A DNA stretch of 64,000 nt, from contig CP064983.1 of the NCBI GenBank assembly GCA_016699635.1, positions 1,670,985-1,734,984 on the forward strand, given 5' to 3'. Shown one piece after another: positions 23,751-33,833 of this stretch (position 1 is the stretch's first letter; every line of letters begins with the position of its first letter). This stretch comes from Bacteroidota bacterium (lineage in GTDB: Bacteria; Bacteroidota; Bacteroidia; AKYH767-A; OLB10). Position numbers and translations under genes: made by a program. A model generated the notes under the pieces. It searched no databases, had not been told where the DNA came from, and worked only from the letters and a program-made list of their open reading frames with translations.

Positions 23751-26346
23751 CTAAAGTTTTGAAGCAACCACAAAAGCTTTTTTATACTTTTTAGTTTTTC
23801 CTTCGGGATTAAATGCTTCGGCATAAACAATATAAATTCCTACAGAGGCTTTATCATTTTTATCGGTTATGCCATCCCACATAAAACTATCTTCCGGTGC
23901 TAATAGTTTTGATTTTACCAAGTTGCGAACCAATTGTCCTGCTTCATTATAAATTTTTGCATTCAGCATATAACCCGGTTCATTCATGTTGATGTTAAAT
24001 GTTACTACATCATTATATCCATCGTTATCTGGCGAAAAAATTTCTGGGGTTATTGTAAAATTATTTTCCTGTAATTGTTCGTTTAAACTTTGTGAGTTTT
24101 TATAGCCCGGTGTTGCATAGCCAACAGCTTCTGCTGCCGAATGCCAGTTAGTAGAATCCTGTGTGCCTTTATTAAACCATATTCTTTCTAATGAAACACC
24201 ATTCTGATCGTCAATGAGTGGAAAATGCCAACGCTTATTATAGTTAAGCTGATCAATTCTGTTCAATGCAAAATCGGTAATGACACAAACACCCATGTCA
24301 TCATTAAAACCCGGCAGTGATGCTTTTAGTAAATTATTTGTTGCAGCATTGGGATAAAAACTTTGCAGTGATGCAACATCAGAAGTAAGTGCTATGTATT
24401 CCTTCGGAAATAAAAGATACCCTCCATCACTAACACTATAATTTGTTGTTATCAGATTGTTGTTATCAGTTGTTGCAACTTTAAGATTTTTAAGGTCAAT
24501 TATTTTTGATGAGTTGTTGTAAAGCTCCACAAAGTCATTTCCTCCTGTTTTTGGGTTAAACAATATTTCGTTTATCAGCACATCACCTGCAACAGCAGTT
24601 TCTGCAATACCAATTTTTAAACTAAGTTCTCCTGTTATTTTATTTCCCGGACAGTCAGCAATTGATGAGTTTAAATTAACATGATAAACTATTCCGGTTT
24701 GCAATGCATTATTTAGCGTTAAAAAGGCATGATTGTCTGAAAGTAATACTGATGCAGGCTGACCTATTCCATTGTCAATAATATAACTTGATGTTTGTGA
24801 TGCAATAGCATTGTCAGGATTCTCGCTAAATGTTATTCTTATCAATGTTGTGGTAAGGGGATAAGCATCAACTGCCTGTGGTGGGGTGGTATCGCTGTAA
24901 GTACCTTTAACACTGTTTACTTTTCCCGGTGTTCCGCCTTGCGCATCATTTGATGCATGCCAGTTAAATCTTGAATTACAAGTAAAATCAGCATCAATTC
25001 TTTCAATGGTGAAGCCTCCTGTTTTTTTGCTGTCATCGTTGTAGTTATCATCACTGAAAATTACTCTGTCTATCAATGTGCCATTGTTATCAGTCAGTTT
25101 AAGGTCATCACCAACATCATTATTTAACGAAGGAAATGAACTTGTCCCTGTTGTATTACCATAGGGAATAAATGATGTTGTGTCAGAATTTTTACAGACA
25201 ATGATATATGCACTTGGTTGAAGTGTTACTGCGCCAATACTTGCCACGGAGGTTGACCCGTCAGATAATGTCCAGCCATTGAGTGAGAGAATTTTGTTAC
25301 TTCTGTTGTACAGCTCAACAAACTCTGCATTAGGCAGTGGTGCCGACACAATAGGTTCAAAATATATTTCATTAATGACAACATCAAAAGGCTGTGCTGT
25401 TACAGGAGCATTCCATGTAAAGCCTATAGTGCTTCCTGCAGCAATTACATTGCTATTAAGATCAGATACATTACTTACAGAGCGTGTATGCAGTGCCACT
25501 TGTAAATGGAGTGCTAAATGTAAGATGTACTAATGAAAAATCACTTATATCGCGTACTGCAGTTGCCGGAGTGCCCAAACCCTGAATTGCATAATTCGTT
25601 GTAGTCTGTGATGTAGTCAGGTCAACAAGCTCAGAAAATTTTACATCTAAAGCAGTATTCGATAACGGAATAGCGGAAGTTAGTGTTGGTGGTGTGATGT
25701 CTGCAATAAATGGAATAGAGAAATCGTCAAAGAAGAAGCCTGTGGCATTGGATGAAGTGTAAGTACAACTCACACCAAAATAACTTCCTGAATTAATTGT
25801 TGCATCAGTACCTGAAGATTGTAAAGTAAAATTTGTTCCTGCAGCAGCATCTGCATATATACTCCATATACCTGCATTATCTCTTGTAATTTTTACACTG
25901 ATAGTTGATGCCGCTGCAATAAATCCATTGGTGCCTCGTGCTACTGATACAGAGGTTGTACCTGTTTGTTTAAAAATTTCGATGGCATCGTTGCTGCCTG
26001 TTTCTCCAAACTGTACATAATAGCCGTTGAGTGCACCTTTTAAGTTTTGTTGATCGCTCACCAAATAAATTCTTGCATAATTACTTGACGATGGCGCAAA
26101 GTTGAGCTTTATATAAAATTGCCAAGATGTATTATCGAGTGTAGGCAGGCTTGTTGTTAATGCCAGATAGGAAGTTGCTGCACCGGTGCTGTTGAGTTGC
26201 AGTTGCTGTGATGCATTGACTATAAACTGACTGTTGTCGCCACTCCATGCAGGATTAGCAGTAAAATCACCATCAGAAAAGTTATCTGTTATTTGTGCAA
26301 CACCAAAAAATGGAATCATTGCGAAAAAAAGTAGTAATCGCTTCAT
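23751..26346 (-). CDS. large secreted lamin-tail-domain (LTD) protein with a T9SS type B (gliding-motility-associated) C-terminal domain. It is split into ORFs 23751..25499 and 25471..26388 by a frameshift near 25480.
   Basis: Signal peptide MKRLLLFFAMIPFFGVAQ. LTD motif VVINEIYFEP...EFVELYN. C-terminus FSPDNDGYNDV...WDGITDKNDKASVGIY. Confidence 0.7.
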
Positions 26347-26463
26347 GTTAAAATAAAATATAAGGCAGTGAAGATAAGCAAACCTCATTATTTAAAATAA
26401 ATAAATTGAAACAGCATTAAGTAATGTGTTTTTTATTCATTTTTGAGGAAGGAATAAAATATT

Positions 26464-27456
26464 ATGAAAGTAGCTGTAGTTGGTGCCACAGGCTTGGTTG
26501 GAAAAACCATGATGCGCATTCTGGAAGAAAGAAAGTTTCCGGTATCGGAATTTATACCTGTTGCAACGGCAAATTCTGCCGGTAAAAAAGTAATGTTTTC
26601 GGGAAAGGAATATACAGTGATAACTTGTGAAGAAGCAGTTGCTCTGAAACCTGATATTGCCTTATTCTCTGCCGGAGGATCAACATCTTTAGAGTGGGCT
26701 CCAAGATTTGCTCAGGTTGGAACTACTGTAATTGACAACTCATCGGCATGGCGGATGAATGAAAAATGCCCTTTAGTAGTTCCTGAAATAAATGCTGATG
26801 TATTAACTAAAGAAGATAAAATTATTGCCAACCCAAATTGTTCTACTATTCAGATGGTGATGGTACTTAATCCGCTACATAAAAAATATAAACTTAAAAG
26901 GATAGTTGTTTCTACTTATCAGTCAGTTTCCGGAACAGGAAAAAAAGCAGTTGATCAGTTGATGAATGAACGCAAAGGAATTTCCGGTGCTATGGCCTAT
27001 CCATATAATATTGACATGAACGTGTTGCCACATGTTGATTCCTTTTTAGAAAATGGATATACGAAGGAAGAAATGAAAATGGTTAATGAAACAAGAAAAA
27101 TAATGCGCTCTGACAAAATAAAAGTAACAGCAACAACTGTGCGCGTACCGGTTGTTGGAGGCCATAGCGAAGCGGTGAATGCAGAGTTTGAAAATCAGTT
27201 TGAATTGAGTGATGTAAGACAACTTTTATCACATACTGCAGGTGTGACGGTTATTGACGACCCTGCACAACTTCAGTATCCGATGCCCACTTATGCAGAA
27301 GGAAAAGATGATGTTTTTGTAGGAAGAATCAGGCGTGATGAATCACAACCACAAACATTAAACCTTTGGGTGGTATCTGACAATCTCAGAAAAGGCGCTG
27401 CTACCAATGCTGTTCAAATTGCAGAGTATTTGCTAAAGCAGTTTTGGCAACATTAA
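26464..27456 (+). CDS. asd: aspartate-semialdehyde dehydrogenase
   Basis: NAD-binding N-terminus VAVVGATGLVG and the active-site region NPNCSTIQMV. Confidence 0.9.
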   Translation: MKVAVVGATGLVGKTMMRILEERKFPVSEFIPVATANSAGKKVMFSGKEYTVITCEEAVALKPDIALFSAGGSTSLEWAPRFAQVGTTVIDNSSAWRMNEKCPLVVPEINADVLTKEDKIIANPNCSTIQMVMVLNPLHKKYKLKRIVVSTYQSVSGTGKKAVDQLMNERKGISGAMAYPYNIDMNVLPHVDSFLENGYTKEEMKMVNETRKIMRSDKIKVTATTVRVPVVGGHSEAVNAEFENQFELSDVRQLLSHTAGVTVIDDPAQLQYPMPTYAEGKDDVFVGRIRRDESQPQTLNLWVVSDNLRKGAATNAVQIAEYLLKQFWQH

Positions 27457-27722
27457 AGCTTGTAAGTGATAAAAATTCAAATTGTTTACAATAAATACTT
27501 TACCTATTTGACAGATTGAAATAGAAAAAACTTGATATTGACAGTTGTTGACTTAAATTACAATTTGATTTGAACAGTCTTGAATTTATGTTAAATTAAC
27601 GATCCCATAAAGTTAGATAGTTATAAGATAAATTAAGTAATGAGATAACGGACTATTGCTAAGGGATATAGTGATTTTTTAAAACTCAATTATTAAACAG
27701 AAAAAATAGTATATTTGAATTC

Positions 27723-27962
27723 ATGAATTGGCAGGAATACATAATGTCTGATGAGGAAGTACTTTTAGGGAAACCAACCATAAAAGGTACAAGAATTTCA
27801 GTTGAACATATTGTTGGGCTATTAGCTCAGGGTTGGACAGAAAAAGAAATTTTGGAAAATTTTCCTCGATTGACAAAAGAATCTTTGCAGGCAGTTTTTT
27901 TATATATTCAAGACTGTTTTAGTGACGGATTATTATTTACTCCTAAAAGAAAAACGGCTTGA
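27723..27962 (+). CDS. DUF433 domain protein (antitoxin-like)
   Basis: The GKPTIKGTRISVEHIVGLLAQGWTEKEILENFP core matches DUF433. Confidence 0.7.
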   Translation: MNWQEYIMSDEEVLLGKPTIKGTRISVEHIVGLLAQGWTEKEILENFPRLTKESLQAVFLYIQDCFSDGLLFTPKRKTA

Positions 27963-27971
27963 ATTTAATTT

Positions 27972-28325
27972 ATGAAACTTCTAGCTAATGAAAATTTTCC
28001 ATTAAAAAGTATTGTTTACCTTCAAAACGGAGGATTTGATATTACTTCCATTGGGGCTGAACACTCAAGCATTAAAGATTTTGAGGTGATGACAATCGCC
28101 ATTAATGAGGAGAGGACTATATTGACTTTTGATAGAGATTACGGAGAATTGATTTTTAAACACAATTACAAACCACCTAAAGGTGTTATATATTTAAGGT
28201 TAGAAAAATATAGTGCCGATGAACCCGGGCGTCTGATTGAAGAATTGGTAAGCAGTAATCAATATATTTTTGATGGTGCATTAACAGTATTGGATGAACG
28301 GGGAATTAGGCAGCGCAAATATTAG
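27972..28325 (+). CDS. DUF5615 family PIN-like protein (toxin-like partner of DUF433)
   Basis: N-terminus MKLLANENFP and the length fit DUF5615/Mut7-C-like proteins. It is tightly linked to the DUF433 gene. Confidence 0.65.
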   Translation: MKLLANENFPLKSIVYLQNGGFDITSIGAEHSSIKDFEVMTIAINEERTILTFDRDYGELIFKHNYKPPKGVIYLRLEKYSADEPGRLIEELVSSNQYIFDGALTVLDERGIRQRKY

Positions 28326-28411
28326 TAGTTTGTTAAATTGTAATATTTTAAAGTAATTTATTCTGCATTGTATCTTGTAAATTACAAATTGGATTCATCA
28401 AAGCATAAAAA

Positions 28412-28446
28412 AAAAGCCACCCCAAAAAGGATGGCTTTTCTTTCTT
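28412..28446. terminator. intrinsic terminator. It is a hairpin followed by a T-run on the plus strand and a T9 run on the minus strand. It ends the metallopeptidase gene (-) and the DUF5615 gene (+).
   Basis: AAGCCACCC-CAAAAA-GGATGGCTT followed by TTTCTTTCTT. On the minus strand a T9 run follows the stem. Confidence 0.6.
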
Positions 28447-28459
28447 AAAAAATTATTTT

Positions 28460-29137
28460 TTAGTTGCGTCTTCCGAAGTAAATCAAGACATAATACATCA
28501 GCGTTGCTAAGGCACCTAATGCAGCAACAACATAGGTCATGGCAGCCCACCACAAAGCATCTTTTGCTTTTGCATGTTCGCTGCTTGTTACCATGCGGCT
28601 GTCGCTAAGCCATACCAATGCTCTGCGGCTTGCATCAAACTCAACAGGAAGTGTAATAAAACTAAACAACACTGTCATGGCAAACAACACAATACCTGCA
28701 AGTAGTAGCGATGGAAAAACATTGATGAGTAAAACACCGCCAAGCAATACCCACTGTACCCATTTTGAGGCAAAACTTACTACCGGCACTAAAGCCGAAC
28801 GAACCTGAAGCATGGTATAAGCTTTTGCATGTTGCACAGCATGACCACATTCGTGTGCTGCAACGGCAGCAGCAGCAGCATTACGTCCATAATATACAGG
28901 CTGACTCAGATTAACGGTTTTGTTAAGTGGATTGTAGTGGTCTGTCAACTGACCTTCAACAGAAATAACTTTTACATCATTAATACCGTTGTCATGAAGC
29001 ATTTTTTCTGCAATCTCCTGACCACTAAGACCTGTTCCTAAAGTTTCATGCGAGTATTGTTCAAACTTTCGTTTTAGCTGGGCGCTTACTAACCACCCGA
29101 CAAGCATAAATACTATTACTATAAGATATATTCCCAT
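28460..29137 (-). CDS. membrane-anchored zinc metallopeptidase (YugP/PF04298-like)
   Basis: HEXXH motif HECGHAVQH, one N-terminal and several C-terminal TM helices. Confidence 0.7.
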   Translation of the reverse strand: MGIYLIVIVFMLVGWLVSAQLKRKFEQYSHETLGTGLSGQEIAEKMLHDNGINDVKVISVEGQLTDHYNPLNKTVNLSQPVYYGRNAAAAAVAAHECGHAVQHAKAYTMLQVRSALVPVVSFASKWVQWVLLGGVLLINVFPSLLLAGIVLFAMTVLFSFITLPVEFDASRRALVWLSDSRMVTSSEHAKAKDALWWAAMTYVVAALGALATLMYYVLIYFGRRN

Positions 29138-29260
29138 TTATTGATTTTTTTAAATTTTTAAACTGCTTTTCACTAATTTTTTTTAACCACAATCAAACAG
29201 TGTGCAAATATACACAACCTACATTTTTGTCAGTGTTTTTTATGATTATTATTGAATGAA

Positions 29261-30352
29261 TTACTCCCAGCGAAACGTTTTGGCAGCTACAATGTAAATA
29301 ATAACACCCCAAAGCAGCAATACCATTAACTGTGAAATGACATCTATTAATCCTGCACCTTCAAATGCCACTTCGCGTAAAGCATCATTAAGGTAGGTTA
29401 ACGGCAGTGCCTTGCAAAACGGTTGCAGCCATTTTGGAAAAACATCAATCGGAAAAAATGTTCCCGACAACAAAAACTGCGGCATAGTAATGATGTTGGC
29501 AATGGGTGGAATTGTGCTTTCACTTTTTGCAATTCCGGAAACCACAAAGCCAAAACCCATAAAAACGATAAGTCCAAAGGCGCAGATAAGCATCATTGTA
29601 AGAAAAGTGCTTATGCCATTAATGAGTGTAAACCCAAATGCAAACCTGCCCACACCTATTATGAAGCAAGCACCAAGCAATGAAAATACCATTCGGCTTA
29701 ATGTTTCACCCAGAACAATGTAAATACGTTTTACTGGCGTGGCAAAAAACCGTTTTATGACCAAGGTTTGTCTGAGGCTGAAAAAAACAAATGCAGTTCC
29801 GAAAACTCCTGTTGACAATAAGGCAAAACCTAACTGACCGGGAAGTATAAAATCTATTTTCTTGTATTCGCGTCCTGCAATTTCTTCATTTTTTAACTGT
29901 GCCAATGGATGTGCTACATGTGCATCGTACAAATTTATTTTGCTTATAAGATTATCTAAAATGTTTTTAGAAAGTGCTCCACCTTCAGGTGCAGCTGTGG
30001 AGGTAATAAGTCTGGTAGTATAATCTATTTTGCCTTCAGTAATATTTTTTGTGATAACCAAAATCCCATCAATCTTTCCTTGCTGAAGTTTTTTACTTGC
30101 AATAGCAGAATCGCCTTCAATCCAATTGATAACGTCAATGTTTTTTGTGGCTTCATAAATCGGATTATGATGGTCGCTTGAAGGGGTTAGAAATAATTTG
30201 ACTTTAAGTCCTGTACCCGATAAAAATCCAAAAACCAAAATAAAGGTAAGCGGAAAAACCAGAGTAAAAACTACTGCACTGGGGCTGCGTGTTATTGACC
30301 TGAAACTGGCTTTAGCAATAGCCAGCATGGCCTTTGTTTGAGAGTAACTCAT
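29261..30352 (-). CDS. ABC-2 type transporter permease. The likely start is MSYSQTKAMLAIAKA.
   Basis: Six TM helices, an ABC-2 family signature region, and a large periplasmic loop after TM1. Confidence 0.7.
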   Translation of the reverse strand: MSYSQTKAMLAIAKASFRSITRSPSAVVFTLVFPLTFILVFGFLSGTGLKVKLFLTPSSDHHNPIYEATKNIDVINWIEGDSAIASKKLQQGKIDGILVITKNITEGKIDYTTRLITSTAAPEGGALSKNILDNLISKINLYDAHVAHPLAQLKNEEIAGREYKKIDFILPGQLGFALLSTGVFGTAFVFFSLRQTLVIKRFFATPVKRIYIVLGETLSRMVFSLLGACFIIGVGRFAFGFTLINGISTFLTMMLICAFGLIVFMGFGFVVSGIAKSESTIPPIANIITMPQFLLSGTFFPIDVFPKWLQPFCKALPLTYLNDALREVAFEGAGLIDVISQLMVLLLWGVIIYIVAAKTFRWE

Positions 30353-30452
30353 GTTGTTTATGTCAGAAATGTTGCAAATGTAGTTAAGTTGTTTTTTATG
30401 AATTAAAATAAAAAATGTACGTTTGCCGTAATAACATAGGTTCGTCAATTCA

Positions 30453-31004
30453 ATGAATCACACATTCTCATTATTTCAGAGCATGGAGAGGGATAAGATT
30501 ATCCTTTCTTTCAAAGGAGATATTACCCAGGATTTGCTTGCTTCTGTATATCAGATTATGGAGTCGAGAATGGATCAGGATAAGACTGATTCCAAGAGGA
30601 AGAAAAGATTTTATCACATTTTAGTTGAATGTCTTCAGAATGTATATCACCACATGGAAGATTTCAGAAATGTGCATGAGCTGGATGAAATTTCTGATGG
30701 CTCTGCAATTTTTATCATTGCCAAGGCAAAAGGTGAGGGCTACAGAATTATTACAGGAAACTATATCAAGAAAGATGAATCGGAAGACCTTAAATCGAAG
30801 CTTGAGAAAATTAATTCTATGAACACCGATGAACTAAGAACTTATTATCTTGAAACACTAAGCACTACAGAGCTTTCGCAAAAAGGTGGTGCCGGTTTAG
30901 GAATGATTGATATTGCCCGCAAGTCGGGACATAAAATAGTTTACAGTTTTGACGGTGTAAGCGACACTGTTAATTTTTTTACCCTTGAAGTAACAATTAA
31001 TTAA
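30453..31004 (+). CDS. SiaB-family protein kinase-like (GHKL anti-sigma-factor-type ATPase) protein
   Basis: C-terminus GGAGLGMIDIARKSG. Length ~180 aa. It is followed by a DUF1987 gene. Confidence 0.6.
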   Translation: MNHTFSLFQSMERDKIILSFKGDITQDLLASVYQIMESRMDQDKTDSKRKKRFYHILVECLQNVYHHMEDFRNVHELDEISDGSAIFIIAKAKGEGYRIITGNYIKKDESEDLKSKLEKINSMNTDELRTYYLETLSTTELSQKGGAGLGMIDIARKSGHKIVYSFDGVSDTVNFFTLEVTIN

Positions 31005-31014
31005 ATCAAAGAAA

Positions 31015-31398
31015 ATGGATAAGCTGATTATTGAACCGGGCATAAAAACACCTCACATTGTGTTTGACGCTGCCAATGGAAGTCTTGAAATTAAAGGTAA
31101 ATCCATTCCGGAAAATTCTATTGAATTTTATAAGCCTGTTTACGATTGGCTTGATACTTATACAACACAACCCAAAGATCAAACCTTGCTGACAGTGCAG
31201 TTAGAATATTTTAACACTAGCTCTTCTAAATGTTTGCTCGACTTATTCAGGAAACTTGAAAACATTCATTCTTCAGGCAAAGGAAAAGTAAATGTAAAGT
31301 GGCTTTATGAGGAAGATGATGAAGACATTATGGAAGCCGGTGATGACTATCAGACCATTGTAAAACTTCCTTTCAGTATCGAGAAAATTTCAGGATAA
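31015..31398 (+). CDS. DUF1987 domain protein (SiaC-like)
   Basis: The N-terminus MDKLIIEPGIKTPHIVFDAANGSLEIKGKSIPEN matches DUF1987 proteins. Confidence 0.65.
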   Translation: MDKLIIEPGIKTPHIVFDAANGSLEIKGKSIPENSIEFYKPVYDWLDTYTTQPKDQTLLTVQLEYFNTSSSKCLLDLFRKLENIHSSGKGKVNVKWLYEEDDEDIMEAGDDYQTIVKLPFSIEKISG

Positions 31399-33237
31399 TT
31401 ATTTTCCTTCAAAAATTTCGTCAATAGTTTTTACAGCAACTGCATGATAACCCGGACGTGCCGACTTATAAATTTGTTCTATCCAAGGTCGTAATGTTGC
31501 ATCTGCTGCAGCTTTTCGATAAAGTGGTGCAATAAATTTTCTGCGTCCTACTGTATTCAGAAAATTTTCTAATGCTTTATATGCAGGCTTGTAGTGACAG
31601 GCAAAGGCTATCATAAACCAATCAAATGCAATTTCTGAATTTTGAATCTGAGTGAAATGAAAATGATTATCTAATGCAACAGCTTTTTCGTAGGTCATTT
31701 CGGGAGCAATAGTTCGTAAAAAATGCAGGTAATGATGCGTTGTCCATCCTGCAGTATCTGGCATAACTGTTGGCTGTTTGATAAATGCTGCTGCTGCTTT
31801 CTCAACCTGATCAAAATATTTGCTTTTAATAACAGGCAGACTCTTAGGAAGTCCGGTTCCATAAACCCATTCATCAACATTTACTTTTTGTTTTATCAAC
31901 GGATTTTCCTGCAAAAGATTTACCTCCAGATAATGTAGAAATTCTTTTGTTGTCATGGTTTGAAAGCGATGTTCTTCAAAATACTTTTTAAAAATGCATC
32001 CCACATATCTACGGCTGCTTCTTCTAATGCCATCAGAAAAAACGCCCTTTTTCATAGGCAATATCACCCATGCCATCATCAGGATCACGACCTTTAAGGT
32101 CAAGAAAAGTTTAGTATCCGGATTGTTAACACCCATTTCGGCAACAGTGTGCTTCAGTTCATTTTGTGAAAGTAAGTTCAGCATGTCAGCATAATCTTTA
32201 CCATAAATTTTTTCCATAATGCGCGATTCAAAGTAAACTGTAAATCCTTCATTTAGCCAGAAGTCATTCCATGTTGCATTGGTAACTAAATTGCCACTCC
32301 ACGAATGTGCAAGCTCATGTGCAATTAGACTCACTAACGAACGGTCGCCTGTAATGATGGTAGGTGTTGCAAATGTTAAACATGGATTTTCCATTCCACC
32401 AAAAGGAAAAGAAGGAGGCAGCACCAAAACATCATATTGTAGCCATGGGTATTTACCATACAATTGTTCTGCCGAAGAAATCATAGCAGGCAAATCTGTA
32501 AACTCATGAAAAGCTTTGGCCAACATAACAGGTTCTGCGTAAATGCCGGAACGGTTGTCGTAGGCTTTGTAAGCAAGGTCGCCAATGCTTAAAGCCATAA
32601 GATAGGAAGGTACAGCAAAAGGCATTTTAAATGAATAGGTGCCATTGCCAATTTGTTTAGGATTTTGTGGACAACTCATCAATGCCATAAGTTCTTTAGG
32701 ACAATGAATGGTTGCTGTCCATGTAAATTTTATTCCAGGTGTATCCTGCAAAGGTATCCAGCTCCGAGCCAGAATAGCTTCCGATTGTGTATATAAAAAA
32801 GGATGTTTTTTGCCTGCAGTTTGTTCCGGGTTTAGCCACTGTAATGCTTGTGCATCAGGAGAAGTTTCATAATAAATGGTAACCTCTTTTGTATTTGCTG
32901 TTATAGGAATAGCAAGTTCGCTGCCTAAAATTTCATCTGCAGGTTTTAAAATAAATGTAACAGGAGCATCATTGATTTTTACACTTTCAATTTTCAGGTT
33001 GTAGGTGTCTAAACGCAAAGTATCGGCATTGGTAAGATTTTTTACTTGCAAAGTCACAAAGCCAACTAACTTTTTAGTTGAGAAATCAGCTTTAAGGCTT
33101 AAGTCAAGATGCTGTACAACAATTTCTGCTGGATTGGAATATGAATGTTGATCTTTAACGTATATCCCTCTTTCATCTTCCGGTTTTTTAGCAAACATGG
33201 TAAATGGTATTAGAATTAAAAATAAAATATTTTTCAT
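31399..33237 (-). CDS. M1-family aminopeptidase (leukotriene A4 hydrolase-like), secreted. The ORF is continuous but holds an internal compensating frameshift pair near 31990..32100.
   Basis: HELAHSWSGN...WLNEGFTVY zinc motif. A ~35-residue stretch (..LTLKVVILMMAWVILPMKKGVFSDGIRRSSRRYVGCI..) is out of family. The alternative frame gives the conserved DLKGRDPDDGMGDIAYEKG. Confidence 0.8.
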   Translation of the reverse strand: MKNILFLILIPFTMFAKKPEDERGIYVKDQHSYSNPAEIVVQHLDLSLKADFSTKKLVGFVTLQVKNLTNADTLRLDTYNLKIESVKINDAPVTFILKPADEILGSELAIPITANTKEVTIYYETSPDAQALQWLNPEQTAGKKHPFLYTQSEAILARSWIPLQDTPGIKFTWTATIHCPKELMALMSCPQNPKQIGNGTYSFKMPFAVPSYLMALSIGDLAYKAYDNRSGIYAEPVMLAKAFHEFTDLPAMISSAEQLYGKYPWLQYDVLVLPPSFPFGGMENPCLTFATPTIITGDRSLVSLIAHELAHSWSGNLVTNATWNDFWLNEGFTVYFESRIMEKIYGKDYADMLNLLSQNELKHTVAEMGVNNPDTKLFLTLKVVILMMAWVILPMKKGVFSDGIRRSSRRYVGCIFKKYFEEHRFQTMTTKEFLHYLEVNLLQENPLIKQKVNVDEWVYGTGLPKSLPVIKSKYFDQVEKAAAAFIKQPTVMPDTAGWTTHHYLHFLRTIAPEMTYEKAVALDNHFHFTQIQNSEIAFDWFMIAFACHYKPAYKALENFLNTVGRRKFIAPLYRKAAADATLRPWIEQIYKSARPGYHAVAVKTIDEIFEGK

Positions 33238-33244
33238 TGTTCAA

Positions 33245-33694
33245 TTATTTTGTTTTAATCATATAAATATGAGGAATGTTATCTTCCAGAAATTCTTCGC
33301 TGATGACAACAAACCCAAATGACTCATAAAATTTACGAAGATAACTTTGTGCCATAATTTTTATTGCACTATTAGGGAATAAGCTTTTACATTCATCTAA
33401 AGATTTTTCGACCACTAATTTTCCCAATCCTGTTCGTCTGAGTTGTTGATGTGTAACGATGCGCCCAACAGAAACTTCATCATACAAAACACCGGGAGGA
33501 ATAATACGTGCATAACCAACAACTTGTTGATTTGCCATAGCCATCAGATGAAAAGAAAGTTTATCGGTTTTGTCAATGTCACCATAAGGACAATTTTGCT
33601 CCACAATAAAAACCTGCTGCCTGAGTTGTAAAAAATCATGCAGTTCATGTGCAGTGAGGTCATTAAACGATTTAAACTTCCAAAAAATATTCAT
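33245..33694 (-). CDS. GNAT family N-acetyltransferase (ElaA-like)
   Basis: Acetyl-CoA binding motif RRTGLGKLVV. Confidence 0.7.
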   Translation of the reverse strand: MNIFWKFKSFNDLTAHELHDFLQLRQQVFIVEQNCPYGDIDKTDKLSFHLMAMANQQVVGYARIIPPGVLYDEVSVGRIVTHQQLRRTGLGKLVVEKSLDECKSLFPNSAIKIMAQSYLRKFYESFGFVVISEEFLEDNIPHIYMIKTK

Positions 33695-33833
33695 GCTGTG
33701 ATGGGCTGATATGGCAGCGAATATAAAACACATTTTATGAATAGTAAAAGAAGTAATACGATTGAATAAATTGTTAGCAGCATTTTGATGATTAACACTA
33801 TTTACATCAAACTAAATAAATAACTTTGGCGCC

